Shown here piece by piece: positions 17,129 through 23,161 of a stretch of 23,161 nt of DNA. The position numbers were made by a program, and so were the translations under genes. Origin of the DNA: a virus (taxonomy: Duplodnaviria > Heunggongvirae > Uroviricota > Caudoviricetes); IMG/VR virus record IMGVR_UViG_2698536622_000004; one strand, 5' to 3'. The notes beneath the pieces were generated by a model that ran no database searches, was not told the origin of the DNA, and saw nothing but the letters and a program-made list of their open reading frames with translations. Every line of letters starts with the position of its first letter. The first letter of the stretch is position 1.

Positions 17129-17344
17129 ATGACGCTTGAGCGAATCAGCGCCTTTATCACGTACTGCATCGCCGTTGTGCTGGCCTGGCTGGGCGATTTG
17201 TCCATCAAGGATGCCTCAACGCTGGGCGGCCTGATGATTGGTGTGCTGATGCTGGCTATCAACTGGTACTACAAACACAAAGCCTACCAGCTTCTGCGCG
17301 ACGGGCAGATCTCGCGGGAGGACTATGAATCCATCAATCGTTAA
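17129..17344 (+). CDS. Holin, 71 aa, two predicted transmembrane segments (class II / pinholin-like)
   Basis: Two hydrophobic stretches (AFITYCIAVVLAWLG and LGGLMIGVLMLAINWYY) followed by a charged C-terminus, immediately upstream of the endolysin gene. Confidence 0.7.
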   Translation: MTLERISAFITYCIAVVLAWLGDLSIKDASTLGGLMIGVLMLAINWYYKHKAYQLLRDGQISREDYESINR

Positions 17345-17837
17345 ACGCTGCCTTGTCGGGACCGTGCTGGCTATTGCTGCCACGCTGCCGGGTTTTCAGC
17401 AGCTTCACACCTCCGTGGAGGGACTGAAACTGATTGCCGATTACGAAGGCTGTCGTCTGCAGCCGTATCAGTGCAGCGCGGGTGTATGGACTGACGGCAT
17501 TGGTAATACGTCGGGCGTCATTCCCGGCAAAACCATTACGGAACGACAGGCAGCAGAAGGGCTTATCTCCAACGTGCTGCGTGTGGAGCGGGCGCTGGAA
17601 AGATGTGTGAAGCAACAGCCGCCACAAAAGGTGTATGACTCGGTGGTGTCGTTTGCCTTCAACGTGGGGACAGGCAATGCCTGCAGCTCCACGCTGGTGA
17701 AATTGCTCAATCAGCGGCGCTGGGCGGATGCGTGCCGACAGTTGCCGCGCTGGGTTTATGTAAAAGGTGTGTTTAATCAGGGGCTGGATAACCGCCGTGC
17801 GCGGGAGATGGCCTGGTGTTTACAGGGAGCAAACTGA
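17325..17837 (+). CDS. SAR-type endolysin, GH24 lysozyme family (phage P21 R-like), 170 aa
   Basis: N-terminal Gly/Ala-rich hydrophobic segment (CLVGTVLAIAATLPGF), then a lysozyme catalytic motif E-x8-C-x5-T (EGCRLQPYQCSAGVWT) and conserved FNVGTGN and RR.W segments. Confidence 0.85.
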   Translation: MNPSIVKRCLVGTVLAIAATLPGFQQLHTSVEGLKLIADYEGCRLQPYQCSAGVWTDGIGNTSGVIPGKTITERQAAEGLISNVLRVERALERCVKQQPPQKVYDSVVSFAFNVGTGNACSSTLVKLLNQRRWADACRQLPRWVYVKGVFNQGLDNRRAREMAWCLQGAN

Positions 17838-17838
17838 A

Positions 17839-18216
17839 ATGAAAAAGAAATTAATCAGCGGACTGTTTCTGATGTTATGGATGGCGCTGTTAATCGCAGC
17901 AATGGTGTATCCGCAGGGGATCTTTCCGGTACTGGCAGCGTCCGGCGTTTGGGTAGCCTGTTTGCTGACATGGGCGGTAATTCCGGTAGCACTGGCTGCG
18001 TTAATTCAGAATGGCCCGCTCTGGCAGGAGTTAAGGGCATCTTTGCTGAAGACAATTACCCGAAAAGAAAACGTATTTATCAGTTGGGTGATGCGATTGC
18101 TGATTGTTGTAAGTCTCGCATGGACGGGGTGGGCTATTACCCTGGTCTTTTATCTACTGACCGTTATTGCCTTCTGGATCACCCGTAATCAGATGGCGCA
18201 ACAGGTAGCAGCATGA
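17839..18216 (+). CDS. Polytopic membrane protein, 125 aa (LysA-like lysis accessory protein)
   Basis: ATG at 17839 (track start 17767 lies upstream and would overlap the endolysin). About four hydrophobic helices; position between endolysin and spanin genes. Confidence 0.6.
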   Translation: MKKKLISGLFLMLWMALLIAAMVYPQGIFPVLAASGVWVACLLTWAVIPVALAALIQNGPLWQELRASLLKTITRKENVFISWVMRLLIVVSLAWTGWAITLVFYLLTVIAFWITRNQMAQQVAA

Positions 18217-18641
18217 ACCGGTTGCTGCTGGTTGTGCTGGCGTTATTACTGGCGGCTCTGGGCTGGCAGACGTGGCGGCTGGCTGATGCCAGCCAGACCA
18301 TTAGCACGCAGGCAGACGAGCTGCAGAGCAAAAGCCAGGCACTGGCAAAGAGCAACAGCCAGCTTATCAGCCTGTCCATTCTGACTGAAACCAATAACCG
18401 GGAGCAGGCGCGGCTCTATGCCGAAGCAGAACAGACCAGCGCACTGCTGAGACAACGACAACGCCGGATTGAGAAACTGAAACGTGAGAACGAGGATTTA
18501 CGCCGCTGGGCTGATACTCCTTTGCCTGCTGACATTATCCGGCTGCGGGAACGTCCGACGCTCACCGGAGGTGCAGCTTACCGTCAGTGGTTGTCCGCGA
18601 GTGACGCCGTGTCGGCTGGAGCAGGCAGCACCGCGCACTAA
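18213..18641 (+). CDS. lysB: i-spanin (Rz-like / P2 LysB-like), 142 aa
   Basis: N-terminal transmembrane segment (LLLVVLALLLAALGW) followed by a Gln/Arg/Glu-rich coiled-coil-like periplasmic region. Confidence 0.7.
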   Translation: MNRLLLVVLALLLAALGWQTWRLADASQTISTQADELQSKSQALAKSNSQLISLSILTETNNREQARLYAEAEQTSALLRQRQRRIEKLKRENEDLRRWADTPLPADIIRLRERPTLTGGAAYRQWLSASDAVSAGAGSTAH

Positions 18642-18774
18642 CGGTGATCTGAATGCGTTGCTGGATGAAACGGAGGCCGCCTGGGCGGTCTGTGCAGACA
18701 AAGTGGACATGATTATTGCGTGTCAGGAGCGAAACAGTGAACAAACCACAATCCCTGCGCCACGCCCTCAATAA
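18484..18774 (+). CDS. lysC: o-spanin lipoprotein (Rz1-like / P2 LysC-like), 96 aa, in an alternative frame overlapping the 3' end of lysB
   Basis: Lipoprotein signal with lipobox LSGC, several Cys and a Pro-rich C-terminus. Starts at a GTG inside lysB, so the exact start is uncertain. Confidence 0.5.
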   Translation: MRTRIYAAGLILLCLLTLSGCGNVRRSPEVQLTVSGCPRVTPCRLEQAAPRTNGDLNALLDETEAAWAVCADKVDMIIACQERNSEQTTIPAPRPQ

Positions 18775-19168
18775 AGCGGTGCCTTATGTTCGCAATAACC
18801 CGGACAAACTGCATCTGTTTGTGGATAACGGTTCGCTGGTTGCCACGGGGGCCAGCTCCATGTCATGGGAGTACCGCTACACCCTGAACGTGGTGATTGA
18901 GGATTTCAGCGGCGACCAGAATCTGCTGATGGCCCCGGTTTTGCTGTGGCTGCGTGATAACCAGCCCGATGCCATCAATAACCCGGCGTTACGGGAAAAG
19001 CTATTCACCTTTGAGGTGGATATTCTGCGCAACGATGTCTGTGATATCAGCCTCAACCTGCAACTGACGGAGCGTGTGCTGGTCAGCACTGACGGCAGTG
19101 TGTCGAGCGTTGAAGCTATAGCGGAACCTGATGAACCTGAAGAAATGTGGACGGTGAAACGTGGCTGA
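18737..19168 (+). CDS. R: Tail completion protein (P2 gpR family), ~143 aa
   Basis: gpR-like segments (SLRHALNKAV, NPDKLHLFVDNGS, RYTLNVVIEDFSGD, LQLTERVLVS). Start uncertain: GTG 18737 (GGAG 6 nt upstream) or the upstream ATG at 18716. Confidence 0.8.
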   Translation: MNKPQSLRHALNKAVPYVRNNPDKLHLFVDNGSLVATGASSMSWEYRYTLNVVIEDFSGDQNLLMAPVLLWLRDNQPDAINNPALREKLFTFEVDILRNDVCDISLNLQLTERVLVSTDGSVSSVEAIAEPDEPEEMWTVKRG

Positions 19169-19607
19169 ACTGCAGAAAGTGGACGACTGGCTGAGTGCCT
19201 TGCTGGCGAATCTGGAGCCAGCCGCAAGAAGCCACATGATGCGCCAGCTGGCGCAGGAACTACGCCGGACACAGCAGCAAAATATCAGAATGCAGCGCAA
19301 TCCAGATGGCAGCAGTTATGAACCGCGACGGGTAACAGCACGCAGTAAAAAAGGCCGTATCAAACGTCAGATGTTTGCAAAGCTGCGCACCACAAAATAC
19401 CTGAAAACTTCCGCCAGCGCCGACTCTGCCAGCGTGCAGTTTGAAGGCAAGGTGCAGCGCATTGCCCGCGTTCACCATTACGGCCTGCGAGATCGCGTCA
19501 GTCGTAAGGGACCGGAGGTGCGTTACGCAGAGCGTCGCCTTCTGGGTGTAAATGATGATGTTGAGGCAATGACCCGCGACATGATTCTGCAATGGCTGGC
19601 GGGGTGA
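19161..19607 (+). CDS. S: Tail completion protein (P2 gpS family), 148 aa
   Basis: GTG start at 19161 overlapping the R stop; gpS-like N-terminus (ELQKVDDWLSALLANLE, RRTQQQNIR). Confidence 0.8.
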   Translation: MAELQKVDDWLSALLANLEPAARSHMMRQLAQELRRTQQQNIRMQRNPDGSSYEPRRVTARSKKGRIKRQMFAKLRTTKYLKTSASADSASVQFEGKVQRIARVHHYGLRDRVSRKGPEVRYAERRLLGVNDDVEAMTRDMILQWLAG

Positions 19608-19611
19608 TCTT

Positions 19612-19629
19612 TGTATCAGCACTGATACA
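19612..19629. promoter_or_regulatory. TGT-N12-ACA dyad (TGTATCAGCACTGATACA) between S and V: candidate late-activator site and/or S-V hairpin
   Basis: Perfect palindrome read directly, 5 nt after the S stop and ~47 nt before the V ATG. It fits the P2-family late-promoter dyad but could also fold as a 9-bp AT-rich hairpin. Confidence 0.4.
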
Positions 19630-19675
19630 AGTTGCAGCACTGCCGCCTTTCTTCCCCTGATGGCAACCTTTCCCT

Positions 19676-20254
19676 ATGAACGCACAATTAACCGAAATCA
19701 TGCGCCTTATCACCAACCTGATCCGCACAGGGGTAGTCACCGAAGTGGACAGGGAAAACTGGCTTTGCCGGGTGAAAACGGGCGAGCTTGAAACCAACTG
19801 GATCAGCTGGCTGACGCTGCGTGCCGGGAATGCCCGTACATGGTGGCGACCATCGGAAGGTGAGCAGGTGGTGCTGCTGAGTCTGGGCGGCAATCTGGAA
19901 ACCGCCTTTGCGCTGCCCGCTGTCTATTCGAATCAGTTCGCACCACCGTCGACGTCGGCGGACGCCTGCGTGACAGAACATCCTGACGGTGGCTGGTTTG
20001 AATACGAACCCGCCACCGGGCGCTGGTATGTCAGGGGCATCAAATCAATGGTCATTGAGGCTGCTGACAACATCACCATGAAAACCAGTGAGTTTGTACT
20101 GGAGGCTGACCGCACGCGCATTAACAGCGAAGTGGTGATCAATGGTGGCGTTACCCAGGGCGGCGGAGCGATGAGTTCTAACGGGATCGTGGTTGATGCG
20201 CATCAGCATACTGGCGTCCTGAAAGGCGGCGATACAACCGGAGGCCCGGTATGA
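19676..20254 (+). CDS. V: Baseplate spike / assembly protein (P2 gpV family), 192 aa
   Basis: gpV-like segments (WLTLRAG, RTWW.PS.GEQV, HTG); position downstream of S. Confidence 0.85.
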   Translation: MNAQLTEIMRLITNLIRTGVVTEVDRENWLCRVKTGELETNWISWLTLRAGNARTWWRPSEGEQVVLLSLGGNLETAFALPAVYSNQFAPPSTSADACVTEHPDGGWFEYEPATGRWYVRGIKSMVIEAADNITMKTSEFVLEADRTRINSEVVINGGVTQGGGAMSSNGIVVDAHQHTGVLKGGDTTGGPV

Positions 20255-20610
20255 CGCTTTATAGCGGGATGAACAATACCAGCGGCAAAGTCATTACTGA
20301 TATTGATCATCTGCGCCAGTCGGTGCGGGACATTCTGCTGACACCGCAGGGTAGCCGTATTGCCCGCCGGGAATATGGTTCCCTGCTGTCGGCACTGATA
20401 GATCAGCCACAAAATCCGGCATTACGCCTGCAGGTCATGTCGGCAGTGTATGTGGCGCTGAGTCGCTGGGAGCCACGGTTGACGCTGGATTCCATCACCA
20501 TCAACAGCAATTTTGACGGTTCAATGGTGGTGGAGCTGACCGGGCGGCGGAATAACGGTGTGCCTGTGTCCCTTTCCGTATCAACAGGAGCAGAGAATGG
20601 CAGTGATTGA
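20251..20610 (+). CDS. W: Baseplate wedge protein (P2 gpW / gp25-like), 119 aa
   Basis: Position and size; ATG overlaps the V stop (ATGA) with GGAGG upstream. Confidence 0.85.
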   Translation: MTLYSGMNNTSGKVITDIDHLRQSVRDILLTPQGSRIARREYGSLLSALIDQPQNPALRLQVMSAVYVALSRWEPRLTLDSITINSNFDGSMVVELTGRRNNGVPVSLSVSTGAENGSD

Positions 20611-21505
20611 CCTTTCGCAGTTGCCTGCACCGCAGATTGTGGATGTGCCGGACTTTGAGACGCTGCTTGCCGAACGCAAGGCAGAATTTGTGGCGCTTCA
20701 TCCGAAAGATGAGCAGGAAGCAGTGATCCGCACGCTGGAACTGGAATCTGAACCCGTCACTAAATTGTTGCAGGAGAACGCTTACCGTGAGTTGCTTCTG
20801 CGCCAGCGCATTAACGAAGCCGCGCAGGCGGTGATGGTGGCTTACGCGATGGGCGGCGATCTTGACCAGCTCGCTGCCAACTACAACGTGACACGCCTGA
20901 CGGTGACGCCTGCTGATAATGATGCTGTGCCGCCCGTTGCAGCTGTGATGGAAAGCGATGAAGCGTTGCGCCTGCGTGTGCCTGCAGCCTTTGAAGGGCT
21001 TTCTGTTGCGGGGCCAACTGCAGCTTATGAATTTCATGCCCGAAGCGCCGACGGTCGGGTGGCGGATGCCAGTGCAACCAGCCCGGCACCTGCAGAGGTG
21101 GTGCTGACTGTCCTTAGCCGCGAAGGCGATGGAACTGCAGAAAAAGACCTGCTGGACGTGGTGGAAAAAGCTCTGAACAGTGAGAACGTCCGCCCGGTGG
21201 CTGACCGTCTTACGGTTCGCAGCGCAGAAATCATCCCGTATCGCGTGGAAGCCACCATTTTTCTCTATCCTGGACCGGAAGCAGAGCCGGTAATGGCAGC
21301 GGCAAAAGCCAGCCTGCAGAAGTACATCGCCAGTCAGACGCGTCTTGGTCGGGATATTCGCCGTAGCGCCATCTTTGCCGCACTGCATGTTGAGGGGGTG
21401 CAGCGTGTGGAGCTGGCTTCTCCTCTGGCGGATGTGGTCCTGAACAAAACACAGGCGGCATCATGTACGCAGTGGAGCGTAACCAACGGAGGAACGGATG
21501 AATAG
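20597..21505 (+). CDS. J: Baseplate protein (P2 gpJ family), 302 aa
   Basis: ATG at 20597 with GGAG upstream (the track start at 20558 lies upstream). Size and position in the W-J-I-H block. Confidence 0.85.
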   Translation: MAVIDLSQLPAPQIVDVPDFETLLAERKAEFVALHPKDEQEAVIRTLELESEPVTKLLQENAYRELLLRQRINEAAQAVMVAYAMGGDLDQLAANYNVTRLTVTPADNDAVPPVAAVMESDEALRLRVPAAFEGLSVAGPTAAYEFHARSADGRVADASATSPAPAEVVLTVLSREGDGTAEKDLLDVVEKALNSENVRPVADRLTVRSAEIIPYRVEATIFLYPGPEAEPVMAAAKASLQKYIASQTRLGRDIRRSAIFAALHVEGVQRVELASPLADVVLNKTQAASCTQWSVTNGGTDE

Positions 21506-22103
21506 TCTGCTGCCACCGGGTTCAACACCACTGGAGCGCCGACTGGCGCAAACCTGCAGCGGGATTTCTGATCTGCAGGTGCCGCTTCGTGATTTGTTGA
21601 ATCCGGCAACCTGTCCGGTCAGTTTCCTGCCTTATCTCGCCTGGGCGTTCTCTGTGGATCGCTGGGACGAGGGCTGGACAGAAAGCGTCAAGCGCCAGGT
21701 GGTGAAGGATGCTTTTTATATTCATCAGCATAAAGGGACCACCAGTGCCGTGCGGCGGGTGGTGGAGCCGTTCGGATTCCTGATCCGCATTATTGAGTGG
21801 TGGCAGACCGGAGAAACACCGGGCACGTTTCGCCTGGATATCGGCGTGCAGGACCAGGGCATCACTGAAGATACCTATCTGGAACTTGAGCGACTGATAA
21901 GCGATGCCAAACCATGTAGCCGCCACATGATCGGCATGTCCATCAATCTGCAGACCAGCGGCCCGCATTGGGTGGGAGCCGCCAGCTATCTTGGCGAAGA
22001 AATCACGATCTATCCGTATATCAACGAAACGATTATTTCCGGTGGCACCGCGCATGAAGGCGGGGCGGTCCATGTTATTGACACAATGAGAGTGAATCCA
22101 TGA
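21498..22103 (+). CDS. I: Baseplate protein (P2 gpI family), 201 aa
   Basis: Overlaps the J stop; position immediately before the tail fibre gene. Confidence 0.85.
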   Translation: MNSLLPPGSTPLERRLAQTCSGISDLQVPLRDLLNPATCPVSFLPYLAWAFSVDRWDEGWTESVKRQVVKDAFYIHQHKGTTSAVRRVVEPFGFLIRIIEWWQTGETPGTFRLDIGVQDQGITEDTYLELERLISDAKPCSRHMIGMSINLQTSGPHWVGAASYLGEEITIYPYINETIISGGTAHEGGAVHVIDTMRVNP

Positions 22104-23161
22104 GCACAAAATTTTATACCCTGCTGACGGATATTGGCGCGGCGAAACTTGCCAGCGCCGCCGCGCTCGGTGTGCCGCTAAAAATTACCCATATGGCGGT
22201 GGGCGATGGCGGTGGAGTATTGCCAACGCCGGACGCAAAGCAGACGGCACTGGTAAATGAGAAACGCCGGGCTGCGCTGAATATGCTTTATATCGACCCG
22301 CAGAACAGCAGCCAGATTATTGCCGAACAGGTGATCCCTGAAAACGAGGGCGGTTGGTGGATACGTGAAGTGGGCCTGTTTGATGAGTCAGGGGCATTGA
22401 TTGCCGTGGGCAACTGCCCGGAAAGCTATAAGCCGCAACTGGCTGAAGGTAGCGGGCGCACTCAGACCGTGCGCATGGTGCTGATTACCAGCAGCACGGA
22501 CAATATCACCCTGAAAATCGACCCTGCTGTAGTGCTGGCAACCCGCAAGTATGTGGATGACAAGGCACTGGAGCTGAAGGTGTACGCGGATGATCAGATG
22601 GCAAAACATCTTGCCGCACCGGACCCGCATTCACAGTACGCGCCAAAAGCCAGCCCGACATTTACCGGAACCCCCAAAGCGCCAACGCCAGCGGCGGGGA
22701 ATAATACCACGCAGGTTGCGACCACTGCGTTTGTACAGGCGGCACTGACGGCCCTTATTAATGGTGCGCCAGCCACGCTGGACACGCTGAAAGAAATAGC
22801 CGCAGCCATTAACAATGATCCGAATTTCAGTACCACCATTAACAATGCGCTGGCACTAAAAGCACCGTTGTCGAGTCCGGCACTCACCGGAACGCCAACA
22901 GCCCCCACGGCGGCGCAGTCGGTCAACAATACACAGATTGCCACTACGGCTTTTGTGAAATCGGCGATTGCAGGAATGGTGGGTTCTGCACCTGCTGCAC
23001 TGGATACACTGAACGAACTGGCGGCGGCACTGGGGAATGATCCGAACTTTGCCACGACAATGCTTAATGCGCTGGCAGGTAAACAACCGCTGGACAATAC
23101 GCTTACCAATTTGAGTGGAAAGGATGTAGCTGGTCTTCTCACATACCTTGGTTTGGGAGAA
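22100..23161 (+). CDS. H: Tail fibre protein (P2 gpH family), 3'-truncated by the window edge (354 codons present)
   Basis: ATG at 22100 overlapping the I stop (ATGA); open to the window end in frame. Conserved gpH-like N-terminus (MSTKFYTLLTDIGAAKLA...MAVGDGGG...) followed by fibre repeats. Not in the ORF track because no stop codon is reached. Confidence 0.85.
   Translation, partial: MSTKFYTLLTDIGAAKLASAAALGVPLKITHMAVGDGGGVLPTPDAKQTALVNEKRRAALNMLYIDPQNSSQIIAEQVIPENEGGWWIREVGLFDESGALIAVGNCPESYKPQLAEGSGRTQTVRMVLITSSTDNITLKIDPAVVLATRKYVDDKALELKVYADDQMAKHLAAPDPHSQYAPKASPTFTGTPKAPTPAAGNNTTQVATTAFVQAALTALINGAPATLDTLKEIAAAINNDPNFSTTINNALALKAPLSSPALTGTPTAPTAAQSVNNTQIATTAFVKSAIAGMVGSAPAALDTLNELAAALGNDPNFATTMLNALAGKQPLDNTLTNLSGKDVAGLLTYLGLGE
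22652..23089 (+). repeat. Tandem duplication (~72-aa repeat unit, two copies) inside the tail fibre gene
   Basis: Protein segments SPTFTGTPKAPTPAAGNNTTQVATTAFVQAALTALINGAPATLDTLKEIAAAINNDPNFSTTINNALALKAP and SSPALTGTPTAPTAAQSVNNTQIATTAFVKSAIAGMVGSAPAALDTLNELAAALGNDPNFATTMLNALAGKQP are clearly homologous and adjacent. Confidence 0.6.

Larger units (their letters stand above)
1..23161. mobile_element. P2/186-family temperate phage (prophage), partial: integrase end through tail fibre gene H
   Basis: Collinear P2-like gene order (int, repressor, early operon ending in A, then Q P / O N M L X, lysis genes, R S V W J I H). The prophage boundary (att) must lie just upstream of base 1; the window ends inside H. 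Confidence 0.9.

Noticed and set aside
20501-21388. 295-aa minus-strand ORF antisense to baseplate gene J (and 21522-22109 antisense to I)
   Set aside because: Cys/Arg/His-rich low-complexity translation, fully overlapped by conserved baseplate genes on the plus strand.
22594-23142. 182-aa minus-strand ORF with an internally repeated Ala/Ser/Val-rich sequence
   Set aside because: It is the antisense reading of the tandem repeat in the tail fibre gene; its repetitiveness is inherited from the sense strand.
1-23161. CRISPR arrays, tRNA/rRNA genes, insertion sequences, attachment site
   Set aside because: No regularly spaced direct repeats, no tRNA-like cloverleaf region and no transposase-like ORF were seen. 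The att site is expected just beyond the integrase stop, outside base 1, so it cannot be assessed here.

Overview
The whole window is the integrase-proximal two-thirds of a P2/186-family temperate myovirus, almost certainly a prophage, running from the integrase stop codon at base 1 to a truncated tail-fibre gene at the 3' edge. Gene order is int, a small secreted peptide, a 186-type CI repressor (all minus strand), then a plus-strand early operon (Apl/Cox-like, CII, three small ORFs, a TraR/DksA zinc finger, a Dam-family adenine methyltransferase and replication protein A), then an AT-rich accessory region (7.2-10.9 kb), then the structural genes Q-P (minus) and O-N-M-L-X, a lysis cassette, R-S-V-W-J-I-H (plus). 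The accessory region holds a LexA-box-controlled small gene, two convergent lipoprotein genes, a cos-like packaging region with repeats, and a translationally coupled pair encoding a histidine-kinase-like (GHKL) ATPase and a small STAS-like protein. That pair sits between the putative cos site and the portal gene and is my best candidate for an undescribed anti-phage or regulatory module. All calls come from reading the sequence and ORF translations; no database search was run. Where the ORF track begins at GTG/TTG, I moved the start to the nearest ATG with a Shine-Dalgarno sequence.
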